In this document: in pieces, positions 1-12,035 of the stretch
How positions within the stretch are numbered: the first letter of the stretch is position 1
Layout: every line of letters begins with the position of its first letter
Assembly (NCBI RefSeq): GCF_006345805.1
Contig: NW_021823883.1
Location: 1 to 20,864 of the forward strand
Reading direction: 5' to 3'
Source: Octopus sinensis
Lineage: Eukaryota
Length of the DNA stretch: 20,864 nucleotides
Notes under the pieces: model-generated
Databases searched by the model: none
Told to the model about the DNA's origin: nothing
What the model saw: only the letters and a program-made list of their open reading frames with translations
Made by a program: the position numbers and the translations under genes

Positions 1-10
1 ACCACGACTC

Positions 11-2370
11 TTGGCAAGAGAGGCAAAGTGTTGCGAAGGTGCCATGACAGTAGTGGATGTGCGGGACACAAAGGCAGATTGGGCGAGGGACAAATCGCCA
101 GGTTTGGATCATCTGCACTTCGATCTTTACAATTGTATGCCAGACTTGTTTGGAGGTGTCTTGGCAACAGTGTTCTGCAACTGGCAGCAAAATGGGAGCA
201 TAACCCAGATTTGTGAGCCAAAGATTTGTAATGTTGCTAAAGAAAGATCCAAACAAGGGGGACATAGTAGATTACTTTAGGCCCATCACTCTGCTCAATG
301 CAGACTTTAAAATCTTGGCCAAGGTGCTAGCAAGAGGTCGGTGCTTGTCATTGCAAAACTGGTTCTCAAGGCGCAAACGTGCGCTGTGCTGGGTCAGAGC
401 ATCCATGCCACCCTCCACCTCATGCGCTACATCATAGAGAGGGTGGTTAAGGAATCTGGCATGTGTGGGGCACTGATCAATTTGGATCAATCTAAAGCTT
501 TCGACAGGGTAGACCATTAATACTTGAAAGCTATCCTCATAACTGCTGGGTTTGTCCCACTTTCCGTGGCTGGATCGCTGCCCTATACAAAGGCATCTGA
601 TCGGTAATTCGCGTGAATGGGCATCTATCAAGACCAATCGACATTGCACATTCAGTCCATCAGGGATGTCCCCTCTTGTCACTTCTGTACATGTTGACCC
701 TTGAACCACTACTGTGGAAGCTAGCGCTGTTGAGGGGCATCCCACGAGAATTGGGATGTGGGACGAGCGTGTCCCACCATTATAGTGCCTATCCACAACT
801 ACATTGAGCTTGTCGGAGATACACTGAAAGACTAGGAAGTGGTGATAGGAGGGAAAATCAGCCAGGAAAAGTCAATGGGCTTGCAGCTTGTCACCTGGGG
901 AAGCAAGCCCATGCTGTCCAAAAACAGTGCCTCCGTCGTGGGAGGCTGGACCGACAGGCCAGTCGAGTTGCTCAGGACCTCCAAAAAAGAAGAACTAGGA
1001 TGTGATAATGAGTAGGGTGGCCACTCTTGCCCGGCAATGGGCTGAGAGGAAGCTGTCCCCAATAGGTCAAGCAGAGATGGCGAATCGAATCCACACCACA
1101 TCCTCATAATACGACCTGACCGTCGTGCTTGTCCTAACCCTACCATCACCAAACTGGAATGCATCCTCTTCCACTTCTTGTGGAAAGGAAGTGTTCCTTT
1201 CGATGACAGGTGATCTGTTTGTTGCCAACACCTGCTAAAAGGAGGGATGGGCACAATGTTGTTGATGATGTGCAGACATGCGCTGAGACTGCATCATCTC
1301 TGACTCTATGTAGACGACAGTGAAGAGGTGTGGTCGCCGTTTGTGAGGCGCATTTTCTTGCAGCTTGTCTCCATGACCGAACTGCAGTCATGGATCAAAA
1401 AGAGTCCAAGGAAGGGCAAATGGCACAGCGAGTGTCACATTGCTCTTGAGCAAGGATGCTGCCCCGGGTTGACCTTGAGCAACTGCATTGCAACCAAAGC
1501 ATTCTGTTGGGGATTAATGGAGAGGTGGTATGACGATGATCCTGGGGCAAACCTGGGCGTAAACGAGGAATACCTGACCTGCCTGTTCAAGATGACTTTC
1601 GGGCCAGGACCTATGTTCAACTTCCAGAGATACCTGGCCTGGCAATGCTATCGAGAAGCACTACCCCTTCAAGACAGGGTCTACAGTCATGGCTCAAGAA
1701 ACACGAGGTCGAGATGTGGACAGAGCGACGAAATCTTTCTCCATGCACTCGTACAGTGTCCAACCATTTCCGACCTGTGGGCCTATGTCGAACGACTGCT
1801 ATCGCGTGTGGGACAAGTCGGATTATCAGCCGAGTCTATCATCAATATTCTTTTCTACTATAGGCACAAGGTCCGAAATTTTGGAGGAGGGAGCCAGTTG
1901 ATTACATCGACACCAGTACGCAATAAGTACTTAATTTATTGACCTCGAAAGGATGAATCGCAAAGTCGACCTTGATAGAATTTGAACTCAGAATATAAAG
2001 ACAGATGAAATACTGCTAAGCATTTTGCCCGGTGTGCTAATGTTTCTGCCAGCTAGCCGCCTTAGAGTCTATTGTCGCACCTCCTTCCTTCAAATGGGAA
2101 GGAAGAGCCATTTTCATTTTACTTGTGGCTATGGCAAAAGAATGTATATGGTTGAGGCGTCTGAAAGGTCTGGAGACAAACACTTTCCCCTCTGGTCAAT
2201 CTCTCATCAACCTCTTCAAGTATCACTTGAAGAGGAAGGTGAGCGTAGAGAGGGACGTTTTGTCTAGTGAATTCTTCAAACAAAGATGGGTGAATGTAGC
2301 AAGGATGGCACGTGTGAATGACGGAGCCACGTTGAGCATAATCCTACGAACCAGAAAAACAAAGGAGTAA
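11..2370 (+). pseudogene. Fragmented LINE ORF2 (reverse transcriptase) pseudogene
   Basis: ORF pieces 11-280, 213-437, 613-807, 1328-1942 and 2125-2370 are collinear with an L1/Tx1 ORF2. No YADD motif is present at its expected place (~773-776). Confidence 0.85.
1847..2064 (-). mobile_element. tRNA-derived SINE (family B here) inserted into the LINE
   Basis: The minus strand has a B-box-like GAGTTCAAATTC (1989-1978). It is homologous to 6532-6741, 8388-8598 and 16905-17066. It is flanked by degenerate direct repeats GAGTCTATCATC (1832-1843) and GAGTCTATTGTC (2065-2076). Confidence 0.85.
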
Positions 2371-3041
2371 AAGAGAGCCACTTACTGTAATGCATTTTTG
2401 TTTTTACATGACGTAATTGCCCGAGGTTACCGTGGTCTTTTCTGTAAGCTTTTCTTTCCACAGATAAAATTATTCTGTTTTCCTTTTTACATTTATGACA
2501 TTTCTGTGATACCCGATCGCTATTGATTTGAATCTTATCTCCCCCCCATCTTCCCCAAGAAGAAAAGCTCTGCATTGTATTTTGTCTCCTCTGTGTTCAG
2601 CCCTGTGTGGCTAATTAAGAAACATATCTTTCTGTCTGTCTGTTTGTTTATTACCTGCTTTTTGGCTTAGAAGTTGGCATCCCAGTCATATGTACGCCTG
2701 TATGTATGCATGTCTCAGAATATGACGTCAAGAAATGCAGCATTCCTGTGCACCAGTTTCGTATGGTGTGCATACAATGATTATAATTTAACTGTTATCA
2801 AATTTCTGGCTGCTTATTCAAAATGATGAAATGAAGAACAACTTTCAAAAGAAACATATTTATTGCTTTAAAATAAATTCAAAGAAACAATATTGAAAAT
2901 GTAAAAGAAAAACAGGAAAGAATTTAAATTAAAATCACTCTCCATGGAGATGGAATATTCTGAAAGTTTAGACACTGCCACTCCTTTTCTCTTCACACAC
3001 ACACACACACACACATGGTGCTGGCATGGCTGTTCCTACCA

Positions 3042-3657
3042 ACCACCACCACCACCACCACCACCACCACCACCACCACCACACCACCACCACACACCAC
3101 CACCACCACCACCACCACCACCCCACCACCACCCACCACACCACCACCACCACCACCACCAGCCACCACCACACCACCACCACCACCACCACCACCACCA
3201 CCACCACCACCACACCACCACCACCACCACACACCACCACCACCACCACCACCACCACCACCACCACCACCACCACCACCACCACCACCACCACCACCAC
3301 CACCACCACCACCACCACCACCACCACCCACCACCACACCACCACCACCACCACACCACACCACCACCACCACCACCACCACCACCACCACACCACCACC
3401 ACCACCACACCACCACCACCTACCACCACCACCACCACCACCACCCACCACCACCACCACCACACACCCCACCACCACCACCACACCACACCACCACCCA
3501 CCACCACACCACACCACCACCACCACCACCACCACCACCACGCCACCACACCACCACCACCACCACCACCACCACACCACCACCACCACCACCACCACAC
3601 ACCACCACCACCACCACCACCACCACCACCACCACCACCACCACCACCACCACCACA
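3042..3657. repeat. Imperfect (CAC)n/(GGT)n trinucleotide microsatellite, ~615 bp
   Basis: Read directly from the sequence. It explains the overlapping poly-P/H/T and poly-G/V/W ORFs. Confidence 0.98.
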
Positions 3658-3809
3658 AATGTAAGCTGCCATATAAAGGCTACTTCTGAATCTGAATAAT
3701 TTCCTCTAATATGAGTGAATAGAATTCTGAGAAAAACAGCTTTTATCGTTGGCCTAGATTTAAAACGCAATTCTTGGAAGTAAACGACAACCCGGATGGA
3801 ATTCATGAT

Positions 3810-4260
3810 TGTAACTTGACCTGCACAAAACAGCAAGTAAATCACCCTCAAATCAAACACTACTCCTTATGTATAATTAATATATACTTATGTATAAACC
3901 AACAAGTGAATGCTCTACATAGTAGCTAGACGTCCCTCAAGTTGTAAACTCTTATGTATGTATATATGAGCCAATAATGGAGTCCCGTATACGGTTGCTA
4001 GACCTTTTGGAAACAACAGCCAAATAACTCAAATCAAACACTACCGTCTTATGTATATATCTTTGTATACTTAAGTAAGATGGCCCACCACATGCTAGCT
4101 GCACTTGTTAGAAATAACAGCTACCCCTCACTCAAATCACACCATACACTCTGATCATTGTATATGGGTATGAGCCAACAAGTGGGACCTCTGCATTGTA
4201 ACTAGTCCTGGCAGAAATAGCAGCCAAAACTCACTGAATCACAGCTGCTGTCTATCTATT
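3810..4260 (+). repeat. Degenerate ~95-bp tandem array of a GAAATAGCAGCCAAA...CTCAAATCACAC module
   Basis: Related motifs lie near 3825, 3915, 4010, 4110 and 4213. They share CTCAAATCA(A/C)AC and TATGAGCCAA(C/T)AA segments. Confidence 0.65.
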
Positions 4261-4277
4261 TGTCTGTCTGTCTGTTG

Positions 4278-4318
<41 letters not shown>

Positions 4319-4357
4319 ACATATACATACATTCTTTTATTCTTGTACATTTATTTA

Positions 4358-4574
4358 TTCTTTTATTTGTTTCAGTTATTTCACTGTGGCCCTGCTGGAG
4401 CACCACCTTACTGGGTTTCTGTCAAACAAATCTTTGTAAGTTTAGTACTTATTCTATCAGTCTCTTTTGTCAAATCAAAGTCACAGGGACATAAACAGAC
4501 CAACATCGGTTGTCATACGATGGTGATGTGTGGTGTAGGGTAGACACACACAAATGAATATGTATATATATATA

Positions 4575-4654
<80 letters not shown>

Positions 4655-4871
4655 TGTATATGTATATGTACATATATATATACACATACATATACATATA
4701 GATACACATACATACATATATGATGGGCTTCTTTCAGTTTCCATCTAGCAGATCCACTCACAAGGCTTTGGTTGGCTTAGGGTCATTTAAAAGACACTTG
4801 CCTAAGGTGCCACACAGTAGGATTGAACCTGGAAACATGTGGTTGGGAAGCAAACTTCTTATGACAGAGCC
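4358..4871 (-). mobile_element. tRNA-derived SINE (family A) with an internal (TA)n/(CATA)n microsatellite
   Basis: 4358-4530 is the reverse complement of the tail at 14690-14868. 4720-4871 is the reverse complement of the head at 6320-6470. Confidence 0.8.
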
Positions 4872-4908
4872 TGGCCGATGCCAGTTTGCATTACTGGTAC
4901 CTGTGTCG

Positions 4909-5820
4909 ACTCGTTTCTTCCCGATTGTCTTCCCACACACATTCCTAAACGACACCAAGGTATACTCCAACATGTTGGTTCCATTCCTTCCTCTGCCGAT
5001 TTTACTCGTTGTCTTGTGTTTCTGTCAATTCTGGGGCACCAGTCTCAAGGATTTTATTTCAGAAAATCGACCCCAAACATATTCCCTCCGTCCCTTCTAC
5101 TCAAACAACAAACTAAACCTAGGCACAAAGCTTTGGAAAGGAGACTTTATAAAAAAATATGTGATACATTCCTTTAACTGTTGTTTCTAGCTTCAACTTG
5201 TATTTAATTGTGCATTTGTAACTATTTTATAGACTTGCTGCTAGAAATAGCAGTCAAAACTCACTGAATCACAGCTGTCTATCTATCTATTTGTCTTATA
5301 TGGTTTTCCAGTTTTGTATTAATTTCTTTGGAATAATTAAATGGAAAATGAAGTCTAATTTAGAAAAGAAAACGAAATTCATGATGTATAAGAAGTAAAT
5401 GAAAGCAAGTTCTGCTAGAAATAGCAGCCAAATCTACGTCGAAACAGCATCATACTGCCTCACGTAACTCCATCCATATTTATATATGAGCCGATAAAAA
5501 TTGAAGCCAATGAAAATGATAGCTAGATTTGTTTGAAATAGCAGCCAAATGTCCCTCCAATCTGCTGTAGTTCTGAAATTAACTTCAGTCTATAAATTCT
5601 ACACCTATTTGTCACGCAAAACAAGACAAATAAAGGGTCCATTAAACTGAGACGTTTCCTATGCTAGAAACAACAGCAAGACTTGAGCAAAAATATATGC
5701 GAAGAAGGATACAGAAAATACTGAGAGGGAGGCAGAAAGAAAAGACATTTAAATATAGAATGTTTCAATGCTTAATGGATGCCAGAGTTACTGCTAGAAA
5801 TAGCAGCCAAATCTCACATC
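4909..5820 (+). repeat. Copy 1 of an ~0.85-kb direct local duplication (partner 7247-8075)
   Basis: Collinear shared blocks include GGTTCCATTCCTTCCTCTGCCGA, GATTTTATTTCAGAAAA, CACCTATTTGTCAC, AGCAAAAATATATGC and TCAATGCTTAATG. Confidence 0.9.
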
Positions 5821-5836
5821 TGTCTGTTTATCTATC

Positions 5837-6020
5837 GAGGGGTTCCCAACCTTTTTTATGCCCTGCACCTTAAAAACCTTTAATATGTTCTCACACCCCT
5901 TAAAGTAATAGTTTATATAAGAATAAAGGTGCCCGGAGCAATTGCCGACTTTGACCCCATATAAATCCAGCCCTGCTCGCACCCCCAAGCGGTGTGTGCA
6001 CCCCTGGGTGGGAAACCCTG
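5837..6020. mobile_element. Short non-autonomous hAT-like MITE
   Basis: The termini GAGGGGTTCCCAACC and GGGTGGGAAACCCTG are imperfect inverted repeats resembling hAT/Charlie CAGGGG termini. The flanks share only ATCTA, so the TSD is degenerate. Confidence 0.6.
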
Positions 6021-6319
6021 CATCTAAATATATTACATTCTTTGTTTCTTTTACTTGTTTCAGTTATTTGACTGCGGCCATGCTGGAGCACTGCCTTAAA
6101 GGGTTTTAGTCAAACAAATCGACCCCAGGATTTATTCTTCGTAAGCCGAGGACTTATTCTATCAGTCTCTTTTGCCAAACTAACTTAAAGGGTTGTAAAC
6201 AGACCAACATAGGTTGTCAAGTGATGGTTATGTGGGGTGGGGTTCAGATCTATACACACATGAATATATATATTATATATATACACACACAGATATATAC
6301 ACTCACACATATATATATA

Positions 6320-6470
6320 GGGGCATGGCTGTGTGGTTAGGGAGCTTGCTTCCTAGCTACATGGTTTCGGGTTCAGTCCCACTGCGTGGCACTTTGGGTA
6401 GGTGTCTTCCACTATGGCCCCGAGCCGACCGGAGCTTTGTGATTGAATTCGGTAGGTGGAAGTTACTGCC
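6320..6470 (+). mobile_element. SINE family A 5' head (Pol III promoter region)
   Basis: A-box-like TGGCTGTGTGG and B-box-like GGTTCAGTCCC (6370-6380). It is an inverted homolog of 7004-7163 and 4720-4871. Confidence 0.8.
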
Positions 6471-6531
6471 GTGTGTGTATATGTGCGTGTAGCTGCTCAG
6501 TGCCTCTCCCAAAGAGAGAGAGAGGGATATC

Positions 6532-6741
6532 TGTTGTACTATAGGCACGAGGCAAGAAAGTTTAGGCAGATGGGGGGGGGGAGTTGATAACATCAAATCC
6601 AATGTTTCACTGGTACTTCATTTATTGACCCTGAAAGGTTGAAAGGCAAAGTTGACCCTGACGAATTTGAACTCAGAAATAGTGACAGGAAAACACCGCT
6701 AAGTACTTTGTCCGGTGCACTAACAATTCTGCCAGCTCACC
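6532..6741 (-). mobile_element. SINE family B
   Basis: Homologous to 1847-2064 (TACTATAGGCAC..., TTTATTGACC..GAAAGG.TGAA, GAATTTGAACTCAGAA, TTCTGCCAGCT). Confidence 0.8.
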
Positions 6742-6753
6742 TCTCTCTCTCTG

Positions 6754-6988
<235 letters not shown>

Positions 6989-7246
6989 TATGGGTATAAA
7001 TATACGATGGGCTTCGTTTAGTTTCCGCCAACCAAATTCTACCCACAAGGCTTTGGTTGGCCAGATGCTGTAGTAGAAGACACTTGTCCAAGTTGTCATA
7101 CAGTGGGACTGAACCCCCGAGTGTGTGGTTGGGAAACAAGCTTCTTACCACACAGCCACACCTGTATGTGAATGCATGTTGTATAGTTAGATGGAGGGAG
7201 ATATATAATATATAAGTACAAATGTATATACATAGATATCAATCCA

Positions 7247-8075
7247 TTCGTTTGTTCCCAGTCGTCTTCCCTCACACACTCCTAAACGACGCAAAGATAT
7301 TCTCCTAAATGTGGGTTCCATTCCTTCCTCTGCCGAATACATCCATACTCTTGTTGCTTATGCTGATTTAGGGGAACCAGTCTCACAGATTTTATTTCAG
7401 AAAACCGACCCATATCCCCTATACATATTCACTCAGTCTCTTGTACTGAAGCACAAACTTTACGTAGACACACGTTTTTGGAAAGGAAACTGTGTAAAAA
7501 GAAACATGAAATACTTCTATATAGCTGCTGTTTCTAGCATATGTAAGTGTGTGTTTGTAACTAGTTTTGGTTGTTGTATTAATTTCACTGTAATACTTAA
7601 ATGCAAATTAAAGTTTAATTTAATGAGAAAATTAAATTAATCATGTGTAAAATGCAAAGGAATGCCAGAGCTGCTAGATATAGCAGCCAAATCTACGTTG
7701 AAACAACATCATACCCTCTCTTCTAACTCCATACATATTTATATATTAGCTGATGAAAGCTGAAGTGTACATGATAGCTAGAGTTGTTTGAAATAGCAGC
7801 TAAATGCCCCTCCAATCTACTGTGCTTCTGAAATTAATTGCAGTTTATAAATTGCACACCTATTTGTCACACGACACAAATCCAATACAACAGGTCCATG
7901 AAACTGCAACATTTCATATGCTAGAAACAACTGCAAAAGTTTAGCAAAAATATATGCAAAGACGGACACAGAAAACCAGAGAAGGATGCAGAAAAAACAA
8001 GATCTAAATATATAACGTATCAATGCTTAATGTACAGTAGACCTGCTGCAAGAAATAACAGCCAAATCTCACAGC
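7247..8075 (+). repeat. Copy 2 of the ~0.85-kb local duplication (partner 4909-5820)
   Basis: Collinear similarity to 4909-5820, with the same blocks as listed for copy 1. Confidence 0.9.
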
Positions 8076-8387
8076 CATCCATCCATCCATTTGTCTGTTA
8101 CTCTCTTTTCTTCTTAGAATTTGGGAGCAGAAATTTTCCTTGTAATCTTCACCCACATTGACATTCAGTCCCAGGGCACCGATGGAGACTTCTGCTTTCT
8201 ACCATACACATATGTGATCATTCTTTGTCTAAAGAAAACAAGGCCTGGAATTCTAGTAGAGGCAACTAATTGACTCCAACGACCCTGCGTGTGAACGATT
8301 CTGTCACCTCATCGGCTTATACACACACACACACACATACTATAACAGATCTATCTACCTCTCTCTCTCTCTCTCTCTCTTATTCAC

Positions 8388-8597
8388 TTTTTACTATTAG
8401 CACAAGGCCTGCAATTTCTGTGGGCAACTAATCAATTACTTCATCCTTAGTATTTGACTGGTACTTAATTTATTGACCCTGGAACGATGAAATGGATAAA
8501 TCGACCGAGGCAGGACTTGAACTCACAACATGAAGCTATACAAAATGGGATTAAGCATTTCCTCCAGCATGGCAACGATTCTACCAATTTCCCCACT

Positions 8598-8598
<1 letters not shown>
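8388..8598 (-). mobile_element. Diverged SINE family B
   Basis: GCACAAGGCC...GGTACTTAATTTATTGACCC...TTGAACTCA matches the other B copies. Confidence 0.7.
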
Positions 8599-8643
<45 letters not shown>

Positions 8644-9173
8644 ATAGCAACAATAATATATATCAATATAGTTGTACTAATACATCTCCTTCTAGAAATA
8701 GCAGTCAAATCTCCTGAAATCACACATCATACTGTGTAATATCTGAGGGGTTTATCTGCAATGAAAGTAGGCTCGTTGGAATTACCAATTAATTACAGCG
8801 TACTCTCTTATGTGTGTCTAATGAGGCCATGCAGGACCCCTATCTGGTGACTAGACCACTTTCGGTAAATGTCGATTTAACCTGTCCCCTTAAAATTTCT
8901 GGCGTGGATGAGGAACTATAATTCTTTTTGAGGTCTGGGAGTCACTTCTTGTATATCTGTGAATATAGTTGTATCGATATTTTCTCTTGCAGAAATAGCA
9001 GTCAAATCCCTTTAAATCACACATTATAGTGTGTAATGCCTGAAGGAAATATTTGCATTGTGACTCAGTTTGTTAGAAAGAGAGAGAGAGAGAGAGAGAG
9101 AGGATGAGCGAGTGAAAAAGAAGGAGCTATATGGAGGGATCGATGGAATAAATACAAGGCTTAACACAAAGAT

Positions 9174-9266
9174 GTACTGGGTTCAATTCTTCGACTAGAA
9201 ATTCTTCAAGGTGTTGCTCCAGCATGGCCACAGTCTAATGTCTGAAACACGTTAAAGATAAAAGAT
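9174..9266 (+). mobile_element. SINE 3' tail fragment
   Basis: CTGGGGTTCAATT..GACTA...GCTCCAGCATGGCCACAGTC.AATG.CTGAAAC matches 14790-14868. Confidence 0.7.
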
Positions 9267-9390
9267 ACACACAGACACAGGCATACTTTTATGCATTTGT
9301 TTTGCCGGATTCTTCATGTGAAGTTGCGTGTTGAAAGAGACATTGTTGTATTTCATGATGGTCATGTCCTTTCTTTCATTACATAATAAA

Positions 9391-9391
9391 T

Positions 9392-9423
<32 letters not shown>

Positions 9424-9426
9424 CAG

Positions 9427-9457
<31 letters not shown>

Positions 9458-9503
9458 AAGAGAGAGCCGTTATAGTGTGCGTGTGTGTGTGTGTGTGGTG
9501 TGT
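9391..9503. repeat. Compound (GA)n/(GATA)n/(GT)n microsatellite
   Basis: Read directly from the sequence. Confidence 0.95.
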
Positions 9504-10044
9504 AGTTTGTAAAATCTCAGGAAGTAAAGTGAGTCAGCACATCAAAGTGGCTGCTGAAGGTTACTACTAGTTTAACCCCAGGCAGATTCTCCACCAGTGG
9601 GTTATCGCTGCTACACTGCACCCTTTATATACAATATCTTGTTAGCAGTGGTGGGGAGGGGGGTGTCGTACCTCGGTAAACTTTCAGATTAACACCCGCA
9701 CGATTTTCACCAAGAAAGAAAAAAACTCGAATTTTTTTTGCATGGAATGAAGTACCCTGACCCCCAAATATGCTGGAAATCACTTATTATGGTTCAGAAG
9801 AAAAGGGTGCCACGACGGGGACGCACTCCCACCCCATTCCCAAATCATTGGAAATTATTATTTTGGTTTTTGTTGGATGAATTCCTGTGACCTATTATGC
9901 TACAAAACCCTTTTTGGGTCTGCAAAACGGGGTGGGGTGAGGCGGAAGCCTTGGAAATTGTACCCACTCCCAACATTTTACAGAAATAAATTTTCCAGAG
10001 TGTGAATTACATGGTTCGTTATTAAATATATATATATATATACA

Positions 10045-10330
10045 TCTCTTTTATAAAACCCGTTCTGTCTGTCTGTGTGTCTTCTAGGATCTCTGGCATC
10101 CTACATCCGATTGCGCTCAAATTTGATATGTAGATACCAATGGTATCAGGGCGTGTATAAGTCTTTAAAAAATTACAAAAATCGATTCCAGGGGAGAATG
10201 TGATCGATAAATCCGTGGGAACGTGCATTTGTACATGCAAGTACATTAGCTGTTGCAATCGATACTACGCATACGCGAGAAAATTGCACGTGCAGTTTGC
10301 GCAAAAAAGCCGGCTGGCTTGAAAGAAAGC
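10045..10330 (+). mobile_element. Possible non-autonomous Helitron/Helentron-like 5' region
   Basis: It starts A|TC (TCTCTTTTATAAAA), followed by short (TCTG)n and a CCGATTGCGCTCAAATTTG segment reminiscent of invertebrate non-autonomous Helitrons. No 3' hairpin/CTAG end was found and the right boundary is arbitrary. Confidence 0.4.
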
Positions 10331-10986
10331 CACAAAATGCAGTATATTTAAGAGACCCAAAAAGTAAGATGCAAAAGAGATATTTTCTCCAAACTTGGCA
10401 TGAAGGAAGGAAAAACTATTTTGTTTCTGAAGAAGTCTTTTCTTTTTTTTTTTGCCTTAATTTCGTTTAACAAAACCAAAATTTTATTGAAATAAAGGCA
10501 TGCTTAATTATTTTTTAATGAAAAGAAAACACAGATTGCTTTTTATTCAAGGAAGAAAATATAATTTTCTTGTTAATAAATGATTTTCCATGTTTGTGTT
10601 CTCCCAGTCTACAGACTTATCATTTCTGGTACTTTAAACTCTTCGGTTGCATATTTGGGTGAATAAAATCGTTTTTCTTTGGAATATAAAAATAAGCCTA
10701 TCTTTATTTCTTCTTTTGCTGGTGTCTCAAATTTAGGTTAAATCAGTGTTTCTCAAAGGGGACTGTCGGACATGTTGTTTTGAGGAAATTTGGATGAAAT
10801 GTTTGACAACTCAGCACCGTCCATTGGACGGGGAGTGGGGCGTTTTGCTCGTATATACATGTGTGTGTGTATACATATATATATGTGTGTGTGTATATAT
10901 ATATATGTGTGTGTGTGTGTATACATATATGTGTGTATGTGTGTGTGTATACATATATATGTGTGTGTGTGTGTGTATATATATAT

Positions 10987-11636
10987 ATCATCATCATCTA
11001 GCGTCCGCTTTCCATGCTAGCATGGGTTGGACGGTTTAACTGGGGTCTGTGAAGCCGGAAGGCTTCATCAGGCCCAGTCAGATTTGGCAGTGTATCTACG
11101 GCTGGATGCCCTTCCTAACGCGAACCACTCCGTGAGTGTAGTGGGTGCTTTTTACGTGCCACCTGCACAGGTGCCAGACAGAGCTGGCAAACGGCCACGA
11201 GCGGATGGTGTTTTTTCATGCCACTGGCACGGGGGCCAGGCGAGGCTGGCAACGGACACGAACGGATGGTGCTTTTACGTGCTACCAGCACGGGGGCCAG
11301 ACGAGTCTGGCAACGAACACGAGGGATGGTGCTTTTACGTGCTACCGGCACGGGGGCCAGGCAAGGCTGGCAACGGACACGAATGGATGGTGCTTTTACG
11401 TGCTACCAGCACGGGGGCCAGGCGGGGCTGGCAACGGACACGAACGGCTGGTGCTTTTACGTGCCAACGGCACGGGGGCCAGGCAAGGCTGGCAACGGAC
11501 ATGAGCGGATGGTGCTTTTACGTGCCAATGGCATGGGGGCCAGGTGGGGCTGGCAACGGACACAAACGGATGGTGCTTTTACGTGCTACCAGCATGGGGG
11601 CCAGGCGAAGTTGGCAACGGACATGAGTGGATGGTG

Positions 11637-11641
<5 letters not shown>
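10987..11641 (-). mobile_element. Isolated 3' end of the RTE LINE, with (GAT)n tail and an expanded VNTR
   Basis: 10987-11200 is collinear with 12338-12560. It has an (ATC)n tail on the + strand and is flanked by TA-rich microsatellites. Confidence 0.9.
11144..11641. repeat. ~61-bp GC-rich tandem repeat, 8 full units plus a partial unit
   Basis: Units start with GGTG(C/T)TTTT at 11144, 11207, 11268, 11328, 11389, 11450, 11511, 11572 and 11633. Confidence 0.95.
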
Positions 11642-11682
<41 letters not shown>

Positions 11683-11788
11683 TATATGTGTATATATATA
11701 TTCATATATATATATTCCTGCATATATATACATGCGTATATATATATGCATATATATCTATTCATACATATATATGCATATAATACAT

Positions 11789-11883
<95 letters not shown>

Positions 11884-11923
11884 TATATCTATAAATTATA
11901 CATATATAGCATATATATACATG

Positions 11924-11964
<41 letters not shown>

Positions 11965-12035
11965 TACATATACTCACACACACATATATATATTCATAAA
12001 TATATGTATGTATATATATATATGTATGTATGTAA
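11641..12035. repeat. Imperfect (TA)n microsatellite
   Basis: Read directly from the sequence. Confidence 0.95.

Larger units (their letters stand above)
1..2625 (+). mobile_element. Decayed L1/Tx1-clade non-LTR retrotransposon (RT, C-terminal Zn finger, 3' UTR); continues beyond window start
   Basis: ORF2 motifs occur in order across frames: KSPGLD...PDLFG, LLKKDPNKGD..FRPITLLNADFKILAKVLA, LDQSKAFDRVDH, SVHQGCPL, KISQEKS, RCGQSDEIFLHALVQCP (zf-RVT-like), then AKECIW..RLKG after the SINE. There are many stops and frameshifts. The 3' boundary is approximate. Confidence 0.9.

Noticed and set aside
2944-3860. Pro/His/Thr- and Gly/Val/Trp-rich ORFs
   Set aside because: These are artifacts of the (CAC)n tract.
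4720-5190. 156-aa ORF
   Set aside because: It begins in an antisense SINE, and the duplicated copy has stops in the same frame.
5240-5252. GCTAGAAATAGCA is identical to part of the SpCas9 sgRNA scaffold
   Set aside because: The match is only 13 nt, the flanks do not match the scaffold, and the motif recurs as a native degenerate repeat. This is a coincidental GAAA tetraloop hairpin, not vector contamination.
6320-6400. tRNA gene
   Set aside because: A/B boxes are present but there is no cloverleaf, and it continues into the SINE body.
10744-10850. hAT element starting CAGTGTTTCTCAAA
   Set aside because: Only one terminus-like motif is present; no matching end or TSD was found.
11050-11071. 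Minus-strand CTGATGA followed by a hairpin, as a hammerhead
   Set aside because: No GAAA follows the stem, and the sister copy has CTGATGC.
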